A DNA stretch of 64,000 bases from an uncultured Candidatus Saccharibacteria bacterium (GTDB lineage Bacteria > Patescibacteriota > Saccharimonadia > Saccharimonadales > JAGQNJ01): positions 386,208 to 450,207 of the forward strand of contig OZ246406.1 in assembly GCA_965231045.1 (NCBI GenBank). The letters run 5' to 3'. The notes below the pieces were generated by a model that saw only the letters and a program-made list of their open reading frames with translations, did no database searches and was not told the origin of the DNA. Of this stretch, positions 56,543 through 64,000 are shown in pieces. A program made the translations under genes and the position numbers. The stretch's first letter is position 1. Every line of letters starts with the position of its first letter.

Positions 56543-56953
56543 TTACGCAGCAAGCGTAAAATCATCACCAATCTGCGTTGGCTCTTCAGGTCCACCTAAA
56601 GCATTAGCAACGTTCTGTTGGGCTGTTGCTAGGTCAATATTCGCATTCAATACTGGGCTAACCTCAACTTTTTGGGCAACTTCTTGGCTAGCGACAGCAG
56701 CATAGGTATCAGTAACTACAGGTTGCTCGGCTACTTCTTGTTGTGGTGTAACTTCGGCGACTTTTGGGGTCTCGAGTGATCGTAGCTCAGCACCATAAGT
56801 ATCAGGGATTACACTTTTGAGTAACTGTAGACCAGCACCAGCTTCAGCAAGCTGACTATGAACGATCTCACCAACTTCTCCAGGGATGTTGTTTGGAAGA
56901 TACTCGTGTGAGTATGGATCTGAGGTTTGTGATTGGTTCGTCTGTGGTGCCAT
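56543..56953 (-). CDS. Hypothetical acidic low-complexity protein (136 aa)
   Basis: ORF in an operon-like array downstream of tatD; no family recognised. Confidence 0.45.
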   Translation of the reverse strand: MAPQTNQSQTSDPYSHEYLPNNIPGEVGEIVHSQLAEAGAGLQLLKSVIPDTYGAELRSLETPKVAEVTPQQEVAEQPVVTDTYAAVASQEVAQKVEVSPVLNANIDLATAQQNVANALGGPEEPTQIGDDFTLAA

Positions 56954-56971
56954 ATGGCGCTTGGTTACTCC

Positions 56972-57787
56972 TTATATCAGGTTAAATAGTCCCTTGGCGT
57001 TGTGCGTGGTGGCGGCAGCAATTTCCTCGAGGGTTTCTCCCCTCAAGCTGCTTAAAAACTCCGCTGTATCACGTACATGCTTAGGCTTGCAGATTGTACC
57101 ACGAAAGGGGGCAGGAGTCAAGAATGGCGCATCTGTTTCAAGCACCATTTTGTCCAAGGGGACAGCCCTGGCAGCCGCAAGCTGATCTTGATCTTTTGTG
57201 AAGGTCATTATGCCATTTAAACCTATATAAAGCCCTCTATTAAGACATTTGTCAAGAACCTTGGTATTTGCCGTGAAGCTATGAACTACGCCCCTAATGC
57301 CCTGAAAATGGCTCAAAATGGCAAAAAAATCATCAAAAGCATCACGAACATGAAAAATTAACGGCAAATTATGTTTTGTAGCCAAATCCAACTGAAATTC
57401 CAGTATTTCATGCTGATGTTTTTTTGGTGAGTGTTCGTAATAGTAGTCCAGACCGCACTCGCCAACCGCAACAATTTTGGGTTTAGTGACCAAACTTTTG
57501 AAATCATCAAGGTGTTGGTTACTATTATGATCTTGCGATTCGTGGGGATGAATGCCAATACTTGCCCAACACTTTGGCTGATCTTGCACCAAATCAACGG
57601 CTAACTTGCTATCTTGAAGTGTGGTACCAACGCAAATAAGGCGTGTTACGCCAGCTTGTTTTGCCTCTTCAATTAACTCCTTCGGATCATCAATCCCAGC
57701 TTTGTGCCACTTATTGTGCATGAATTCATCGCCTTCGAGTTTGGCGGATGCTTCGTGAATGTGGCAGTGAGTATCAGTTAGCTGCAT
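56972..57787 (-). CDS. tatD: TatD-family metal-dependent hydrolase
   Basis: Likely start MQLTDTHCHI, overlapping the metG end by 14 nt. Later His/Asp ligands (GIHPH, GECGLDY, HVRDA, VHSF, ETDAP). Confidence 0.85.
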   Translation of the reverse strand: MQLTDTHCHIHEASAKLEGDEFMHNKWHKAGIDDPKELIEEAKQAGVTRLICVGTTLQDSKLAVDLVQDQPKCWASIGIHPHESQDHNSNQHLDDFKSLVTKPKIVAVGECGLDYYYEHSPKKHQHEILEFQLDLATKHNLPLIFHVRDAFDDFFAILSHFQGIRGVVHSFTANTKVLDKCLNRGLYIGLNGIMTFTKDQDQLAAARAVPLDKMVLETDAPFLTPAPFRGTICKPKHVRDTAEFLSSLRGETLEEIAAATTHNAKGLFNLI

Positions 57788-59258
57788 TTTGGGCTGGTGG
57801 TTGAGGTTGCGCCACAGACTCTGGAGCAGTTTCGTGTTTTGGAAAAAGTGTTCCCTTAATTGGACGAACAACACCTTCTTCGAAAACATGTCGAACCTTC
57901 ACCGCTGTTTCTGGCATAAATGGTTCCAGCATATCTGCAATTTCAATCAGACAACTAGCTTGATAGGCTAACACTTCTTTTAGATGTTCTTCATCCTTGT
58001 TCTTGGCTAATTCCCACGGCTTTTCTTCGTCGATATATTGATTAAGCCCCCGAACTTGTTCCCAAACTTCATCAAGTGCTCGGTCAAACTTGCAATCATC
58101 AATTGCTTTTTGATACTGAGCGGTATCGTGCTTGGGTGGTGGTATATCGCCAATTATTCCCTGTTGATACTTGGTAATCATGGCCGCTGTGCGCTGAACA
58201 GCATTACCAAGCTCGTTAGCTAGTTCATTGTTGTATGAAGCTTCTAATTTATCCCAAGAAAAATCACCATCGTCATAGCTCGGCACATGCCTTAGGAAAA
58301 AGTAACGAAAAGCATCTGTGCCATAGCGACTAATAATTTCTGACGGCGGGATAACATTCCCCAGACTTTTACTCATTTTTTTATCATCTACAGTAATAAA
58401 TCCGTGGACGTAAAGAGTTTGTGGCAGTGGCAAGCCAAGGGCTAGCAGCATGCCAGGCCAGATTGCGGCGTGGAAACGAGTGATATCCTTACCAATAACC
58501 TGAACGTTTGCTGGCCAAAAGTCTTTGAAATCCTTATGCTCAGGGTAGCCCAGCACCGTTATATAGTTCATTAACGCTTCAAACCAAACATACATTACTT
58601 GGCTCGGATCGCCGGGTACTGGGATGCCCCAGCTAATTTTTTCTTTTGGTCGAGAAATACTGATATCCTCGAGACCGTCTTTGATAACATTGAGGATTTC
58701 GTGTTTACGACTGGCTGGAATAATTCGGAATGTACCCTTCTCGATAGCCTCTTTAATTTTCGGTGCATAAGTTGTGAGTTTGAAGAAGTAATTGTCTTCC
58801 TTAAGTTTTTCGTATGGTCGGTTGTGATGAGGGCAAACATTTTTGTTCTCTTTCGCTACGGCCTCTGTTACAAAGCTTTCACAACCTGTGCAATACAATC
58901 CCTCGTAACTACCCTTGTAAATGTCTTTTTCGAGGTTTTTCCAGATAATTTGGGCTCGTTGCTCATGACCTTTGTCGGTTGTACGAATGAATCGATCATT
59001 ACTAATGTTAAGTTCTTTCTGTAATTCGCGGAATCGTTGGCTCATTTGATCAGCAAAAGCCTGGGGTTCTAGGCCGAGTTCTTTGGCTTTTTCGGCAATT
59101 TTGCCACCATGCTCATCTGTTCCAGTGCTAAACAGGGTCGGAGTTTTGTTGGCCCGCGCTGATCGCGCCAAAACGTCAGCCAATAAAAATTCAAGAGCGT
59201 GCCCAATATGAGGGTCGCCGTTTACATATGGAATCGAGGTTGTTACGTAGTAATTCAC
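57774..59258 (-). CDS. metG: Methionine--tRNA ligase
   Basis: HIGH-type PYVNGDPHIGH, KMSKS, and Zn knuckle CTGCE..CPHH. Confidence 0.95.
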   Translation of the reverse strand: MNYYVTTSIPYVNGDPHIGHALEFLLADVLARSARANKTPTLFSTGTDEHGGKIAEKAKELGLEPQAFADQMSQRFRELQKELNISNDRFIRTTDKGHEQRAQIIWKNLEKDIYKGSYEGLYCTGCESFVTEAVAKENKNVCPHHNRPYEKLKEDNYFFKLTTYAPKIKEAIEKGTFRIIPASRKHEILNVIKDGLEDISISRPKEKISWGIPVPGDPSQVMYVWFEALMNYITVLGYPEHKDFKDFWPANVQVIGKDITRFHAAIWPGMLLALGLPLPQTLYVHGFITVDDKKMSKSLGNVIPPSEIISRYGTDAFRYFFLRHVPSYDDGDFSWDKLEASYNNELANELGNAVQRTAAMITKYQQGIIGDIPPPKHDTAQYQKAIDDCKFDRALDEVWEQVRGLNQYIDEEKPWELAKNKDEEHLKEVLAYQASCLIEIADMLEPFMPETAVKVRHVFEEGVVRPIKGTLFPKHETAPESVAQPQPPAQNAAN

Positions 59259-59270
59259 TGGAGTAGTGTA

Positions 59271-59696
59271 TCAAGTATCAAAGAGCTTGTGAATCTGTTC
59301 TTGCTCTTCGACTGATAGAGACTTGAACATTTCAATCTCATGAATCATAGCTTTTTTATATAATTCATCGTCTTTTGTCCTAGGCAACACATGAAAATGC
59401 ACGTGATCGATCTTAATGCGACCTTGTGGCAAAAATGGTCGATAATGTTGGCGAATATCTACTCCATCCGCCAGATCTGAACTAAGCAATCTTGATTCTA
59501 CCCATTTGATCTCATCAAAAATTGCCAAAATCTCATCACTTGTTAGTTCATCAGGTTTTTCAACGTGACGATTCGGAATGACTAAAGTATGCCCCTTAAC
59601 CAATCTAGGGTTAGAAAGAAACGTCGTCGTAAGTTTGGATTTTCGTATAACCCGACTCTTCTCAGAATCACTAGCAAGATCACAAAACGGACACAT
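59271..59696 (-). CDS. HIT-family hydrolase
   Basis: Histidine triad HVHFHVLPR. Confidence 0.85.
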   Translation of the reverse strand: MCPFCDLASDSEKSRVIRKSKLTTTFLSNPRLVKGHTLVIPNRHVEKPDELTSDEILAIFDEIKWVESRLLSSDLADGVDIRQHYRPFLPQGRIKIDHVHFHVLPRTKDDELYKKAMIHEIEMFKSLSVEEQEQIHKLFDT

Positions 59697-59714
59697 ACTA
59701 GTAGTTTAGCAATT

Positions 59715-60359
59715 TTACTTGCCGTGTTCGATTAATTCCCATCCACTACTGCAATATCCATGGTCAGCACAGTCTTTTGGTGAATAAGTCGGTAAGTTCG
59801 AAACGACCGTTAAGGATCTGTTTGGATATACCGGGCCATATTCATCCTGCAAATACTTCAATAATGGAAGTCTTTGGGCAATATATAGAATTCTCACTTC
59901 TTCTACGCCTAGTTGTATGGCAAGTTCCCCTAGCCGAAATGTCGTACTGCCTGTAGTACCAATATCGTCAAATATTTCTAACGTTTGTATTTCTCCGCTC
60001 GACAATATCTCCTTGGTGTAATCAGTCATGTTAACTTCGCGCGTCACAGGGTCCTTTTTGGTAACCAGTAGTCTAGTGCGTGACTTATATTTTTCCTGCA
60101 TTTTAGCAAGTAAATCAAAACCAATCCCAGTTGTACCATTGGCTACCGTTAATAGCGCATTAGGATCTCCCCAATCATGGATATTGTCAGCTGCAGCCTC
60201 TAATACTTCACCGTAAACTGGCATATCTGGGCTTATTGCGCCCCAATCAAATTTCTGGCCATGGTCTTTATCGGCGAATTCATGGTGGATTCCCACGGGG
60301 TCTACAAATCCTGGAACTGCCAATAAATGATCTGCTAGCTCCATCATTGATACTGCCAT
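59715..60359 (-). CDS. Type I phosphoribosyltransferase-fold protein, substrate unknown
   Basis: PRPP-binding loop LEIFDDIGTTGSTT; strong AAGGAGGG SD. Confidence 0.6.
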   Translation of the reverse strand: MAVSMMELADHLLAVPGFVDPVGIHHEFADKDHGQKFDWGAISPDMPVYGEVLEAAADNIHDWGDPNALLTVANGTTGIGFDLLAKMQEKYKSRTRLLVTKKDPVTREVNMTDYTKEILSSGEIQTLEIFDDIGTTGSTTFRLGELAIQLGVEEVRILYIAQRLPLLKYLQDEYGPVYPNRSLTVVSNLPTYSPKDCADHGYCSSGWELIEHGK

Positions 60360-60424
60360 AATCCCTCCTTTTGTTAGATTTATGTTACACGTCTATTTGT
60401 GTATAAGCAAAAGGGTTACTTATA

Positions 60425-60453
60425 TTGATTTTTGTAAGTATTAGTGGTATAAT
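60425..60453 (+). promoter_or_regulatory. Promoter TTGATT-17-TATAAT with leaderless-type spacing
   Basis: -10 ends 8 nt before the ATG at 60462; no SD. Confidence 0.55.
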
Positions 60454-60461
60454 AGTACTCT

Positions 60462-61241
60462 ATGTATTTGGTTGGAAATATCCCTAACAACACTGATGCC
60501 GTAGAAATCGACCCCGCTGTTCATCAACAGTATGTTGATTTATTCGGCGGGTTACCTCGTTCGACCAAAGTTCAGGCTAAAATTGAACGGAATGCCGAGG
60601 ATGCTGCAAGCGGTGCGCTAGGTGCAAATTTTGATCGACTGGCTGCTGCCCGTTTTGTGCTAGCTCGCAGTATATGTGATCTTAGTACTGGCGCTATGGC
60701 CGATGAAACAGCTGGGCTCGTATACGGACAAGCCGAAGAGAATTATGTTAATACCATCCTAGGTGTTATGCAGCATGGTGCTGTTTTGGCTCGTGAACGG
60801 GTTAAGGATACTGTCGTAGTTTCACCTGGCGAAGCCTATCGACTTGGTAGTGGCATGGTGTTAAGGCAAGAAACTATTGATCGTATTCGCGCCCTCAACA
60901 ACGGCTTCATGAATGCTTTCAGTGAAACCGGAGCCCAATTACCACCCACGCAACGCATGTTTCGCTACATTAAATATGTTGCAAAATATCCGGAACGACC
61001 AAGTCATGTTTTGCTTAAGGATTCTGTCGCGTCTGATGTGCCAGCCGCTGAAGTAGCTTACGGTAACCAAGCCATGCAAAGATATTTCGAGAGTTTTGAT
61101 AGAAGTGTTGGGCAAAATTGGAAATCTGGTGTTGAGCCAGATTTAGCATTCTTTATGGATGAAGCCGTTGATGAAGTAGTCCTAGGCGACCTAGTTAGAG
61201 AAGCCGCCGCCACTCAAGAAGCATTAGAGGGGGCACTTTAA
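60462..61241 (+). CDS. Hypothetical protein (259 aa)
   Basis: Long ORF, Ala/Val/Gly-rich soluble protein; no family recognised. Confidence 0.55.
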   Translation: MYLVGNIPNNTDAVEIDPAVHQQYVDLFGGLPRSTKVQAKIERNAEDAASGALGANFDRLAAARFVLARSICDLSTGAMADETAGLVYGQAEENYVNTILGVMQHGAVLARERVKDTVVVSPGEAYRLGSGMVLRQETIDRIRALNNGFMNAFSETGAQLPPTQRMFRYIKYVAKYPERPSHVLLKDSVASDVPAAEVAYGNQAMQRYFESFDRSVGQNWKSGVEPDLAFFMDEAVDEVVLGDLVREAAATQEALEGAL

Positions 61242-61837
61242 TGTCATACAATGATGGCTATCCCTCCCCTGAGGAATGCGTTGATATTGCAGCATCTGAA
61301 GTTGTTTTAGATGGTTTCATTGTTGACGGTACAATCGTCGAGCCAGATTCAACCCGTTATGCTCTTGTCGAGATTATGATGCACGAGAGACCAGCTTCAA
61401 GAGGACCAGAATTTTATAAACTAATGGGTTATTATATTGATCACGTTAGTGACCTAGCCACTCTTGCAACTGTCCGGGCTTCAGCCAGACTTGGACAAGA
61501 AGGTCTAGGTATGTGGCCTTATGAGTTAACAAGACAAGTTGGTGGGCTGGTCTGTGGCCATGAAGCAGTTCAAGTCAGTCGAAGCATTAACGCGTGGGCA
61601 GATTACATATTTGAAGAATACGTACCGACGGATCATAACAAACTAGATGGCATAAGCTCATATACTGATCACGTATTATATAGACCGACCTTTGAAAGAA
61701 TTGTAGAAGAAGCTGGCGGCCAGGAAGTCCAAGATCATAACGATTATTTCAGCCATATGACCAGGGCAATTCCATATACTATTTTTGGATTTATGAAAAT
61801 TTACGAAAAAATGCTTCAGGGACGAGAATCTAATTAA
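61241..61837 (+). CDS. Hypothetical protein (198 aa)
   Basis: Start overlaps the upstream stop (TAATG); no family recognised. The 3' end overlaps the convergent trehalase by 4 nt. Confidence 0.55.
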   Translation: MSYNDGYPSPEECVDIAASEVVLDGFIVDGTIVEPDSTRYALVEIMMHERPASRGPEFYKLMGYYIDHVSDLATLATVRASARLGQEGLGMWPYELTRQVGGLVCGHEAVQVSRSINAWADYIFEEYVPTDHNKLDGISSYTDHVLYRPTFERIVEEAGGQEVQDHNDYFSHMTRAIPYTIFGFMKIYEKMLQGRESN

Positions 61838-63117
61838 GTTTTACGGTCTATATATTCCTGACAAAATAATTCAAAGATTGCATTAGTCCAACCAAAACCT
61901 GTTTGTGATGGATAAACCCCCTTCTGAGGTGGTTTGTCAGGCTGAACAACATTATACTTTTCCAAAAAAACATGGTGTTTTCTAAACCAATCAAGATTGG
62001 TCTTAAGCCACTTCATAGCAATCCGACGAGCCTCCTTGTGATAGCCGTATCTCTCTAAGCCTTTTACAGCTATAAAGTGCAAAGGAGCCCAACCATTGGG
62101 ATAGGCCCATTGAGTTGGCGTGGTTGTGCTCATTATATTTGTTGGTACACGCTGATTAAGTTGTTGGTCGGTAGCCGCCAGGCCGCCCTTAAACTCAAAC
62201 TTTTTCATATTGCGTACAATATCGGCAGCCTGCTCGTTACTGACCATGCCAGCCCACATCGGGTAAAAAGTTGCTAATGAGCTAACGTTGCCCCGCTTTT
62301 CTTTGACATAGTTGTAGTCATAGTACATTTGCCGACTAGGACTCCACATGAGTTCATCGACGGTTAACTTTCGAACCGCCGCCTTTTCTGACCAAGTGTT
62401 GGCTTTTTCTTTATTCCCAAATATCAACTCTGCTCGGGCAAAGTCTGTTTCGTATTTATACAGCAAAGCGTTCAGATCAATCGGCAAATAATTAAGTGCC
62501 TTGCGGCTAAATCTCGGCGTCATATCCCAGCCACTCTCGGTCTCAGCTAGATCATGAAGGTAATTAATATCATAGTAACGGCTTAGTCCGCGGTACACTT
62601 GTCGAGCATGCGGCTTAACAGTGCCCATCCAAACAGTTTGATATTCGTCCTGAGCACGATCAATATTAGTCTTTAGCCACTTTTTGTCTTTGCCATAACG
62701 CTCAAACACTTCAAATATAAACGTTGTTAGAAACGGTGGCTGAGATCGTCCCATTAGATAGGTTCGTGATGCATTCGGAATCATCCTGAAGCGTTTTTGC
62801 AAACTGATTAGGTCGTCTAAAATTCCCTCAACCAAAGATTGATGCTCCTTATCAAGCAAGCCTTGTATCATAAAGAAACTGTCCCAGTAATATAACTCGT
62901 TGAAATCAAACTCGTGACCCTCCTCATATGCCGGAACTAAATAAGGCTTAGGCAATCCAAGTAATGCCCCATCGTCTTTAGGATGAGTTCGCTTGAGCTT
63001 AAACCAGTAGTTGTCTATATACTCGCGAGCCTTTACAACATCGTGGGCACTGAGTTCTGGAACCCTGGCGTTTGAAATAAGTAAATTTTTGGCGGTGTCT
63101 TTGGCTTTTGATAACAT
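61834..63117 (-). CDS. Alpha,alpha-trehalase (GH37)
   Basis: GH37 signature contexts ELYYWDSFF and QWAYPNGWAPL; 427 aa. Confidence 0.85.
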   Translation of the reverse strand: MLSKAKDTAKNLLISNARVPELSAHDVVKAREYIDNYWFKLKRTHPKDDGALLGLPKPYLVPAYEEGHEFDFNELYYWDSFFMIQGLLDKEHQSLVEGILDDLISLQKRFRMIPNASRTYLMGRSQPPFLTTFIFEVFERYGKDKKWLKTNIDRAQDEYQTVWMGTVKPHARQVYRGLSRYYDINYLHDLAETESGWDMTPRFSRKALNYLPIDLNALLYKYETDFARAELIFGNKEKANTWSEKAAVRKLTVDELMWSPSRQMYYDYNYVKEKRGNVSSLATFYPMWAGMVSNEQAADIVRNMKKFEFKGGLAATDQQLNQRVPTNIMSTTTPTQWAYPNGWAPLHFIAVKGLERYGYHKEARRIAMKWLKTNLDWFRKHHVFLEKYNVVQPDKPPQKGVYPSQTGFGWTNAIFELFCQEYIDRKT

Positions 63118-63173
63118 GTATATCTCCAGACTAACAGATCAACCCGTAGTCAAGTCAAGCAAAGTGCTTAAAG

Positions 63174-63791
63174 TTATCCTCTTAATGCAACATCAGCTGG
63201 CATTGAAGGTATCATATCAACAGGCTGTAATGAAATCGTTTTAGGAAGAGCTTCGTTCACTATACCTTTTATAACTCGTAGGGCTTTGGAGTCGTTATCT
63301 ACCATCTCACCAATTGGTATGCCTGGCCTAGCAAAACGCATCCATGAAAAATCTGAATATGGCAATATGTCTTCGACTGTTGCGATAATACCCTGTCTGG
63401 CTGCAAGTATTTCTGATTGGCTATCGCGGGTAAGATCAATAATCGGCAAGGCTCCCTTTGCCCCTCTAGGAACAGCTCCCACGCCCTCAACCTCAACTTC
63501 TAATGGTTGTAACAGCGACGGCATTTTTTCAATTATGTGTTTTTGAACCTCTGCTGTTGGCTTGCTCACACCAGACTTACCTTTTGTCTCAGAACGCTCA
63601 ATTAACCGCACCAGCCAATAGTCATAAAGGTGAAACACCCGCTCATATCTTCGCAAAGTTTGTTTAAGATCGTCTGTAACTTCGTCATTATAGCTGCGTC
63701 CAATATGCAGGCCCGATTCATTTAAGTAATACTCACGGTATTCGCGAGGGCTAAACTCAGCAGGGTTTTTGGTTTTAATTCGTCTCGTCAT
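63174..63791 (-). CDS. Hypothetical protein (205 aa)
   Basis: ORF only; no family recognised. Confidence 0.5.
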   Translation of the reverse strand: MTRRIKTKNPAEFSPREYREYYLNESGLHIGRSYNDEVTDDLKQTLRRYERVFHLYDYWLVRLIERSETKGKSGVSKPTAEVQKHIIEKMPSLLQPLEVEVEGVGAVPRGAKGALPIIDLTRDSQSEILAARQGIIATVEDILPYSDFSWMRFARPGIPIGEMVDNDSKALRVIKGIVNEALPKTISLQPVDMIPSMPADVALRG

Positions 63792-63835
63792 ATTCGAGGA
63801 CTATACAATATCTAAGCAAGTGATTCTACTAATGC

Positions 63836-64000
63836 TTAGGGACGTTGGGGCGGTGCACCTTGCATTTGGCCAGGTGGTTTTACGGCCATACTCCTAAAAC
63901 AACTAGCTGAATATGGAAAATCCTGAGTCATAACGTAGTGATAGGTAGTAACTTTTTTGCCATCGACTTGTAGCTCGCTCACAATACCATGGCACTCATC
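63836..64000 (-). CDS. 3' end of a CDS running off the window (54 codons visible)
   Basis: Open frame from nt 64000 down to TAA at 63838..63836 (..VDGKKVTTYHYVMTQDFPY..PPQRP*). No function inferable. Confidence 0.3.
   Translation of the reverse strand, partial: DECHGIVSELQVDGKKVTTYHYVMTQDFPYSASCFRSMAVKPPGQMQGAPPQRP

Overview
Gene-dense 64-kb chromosomal window, mostly transcribed on the minus strand, with many overlapping or abutting gene ends. It uses the standard genetic code; TGA clearly acts as a stop. The content is largely housekeeping. DNA repair and replication: ligA, uvrC, uvrA, sbcB-like, ruvX. Translation: alaS, metG, mnmA, trhO-like, L25/Ctc, obg. Envelope and division: mltG, a LysM-CHAP hydrolase, an FtsA-like ATPase, secG, dedA, htpX/lemA. 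There is also an F-type ATPase operon (b-delta-alpha-gamma-beta-epsilon), three tandem ABC exporters and a GH37 trehalase. Seven tRNA genes are present, all with encoded CCA. I found no rRNA, CRISPR array, transposase or integrase. The compact forms of AlaRS and UvrC, the many single-TM hypothetical proteins, an LAxTG-anchored NHL adhesin, and the lack of biosynthetic operons suggest a reduced-genome Patescibacteria/CPR organism, possibly Saccharibacteria-like. That assignment is inference only. Items most worth a second look: (1) a candidate SAM-I-class riboswitch with an anti-terminator/terminator platform in front of an orphan hexapeptide-repeat protein; (2) a family of 28-nt hairpins with a conserved GA-GAGGAT-TC apex, two identical copies plus one with a fully compensated stem; (3) scars of partial gene-end duplication at tRNA-Phe, tRNA-Leu and the alaS 3' end; (4) a translationally coupled NOX-type flavocytochrome and anchored cytochrome b5 pair; (5) a LysM-CHAP hydrolase whose signal anchor lies upstream of any ATG/GTG/TTG, with an SD-spaced ATT and a highly structured 5' UTR; (6) an atp operon with no a or c subunit genes adjacent; (7) a promoter-proximal 19-codon uORF and operator-like palindromes ahead of the ABC exporters. 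All family calls rest on motifs read by eye; no database searches were run.
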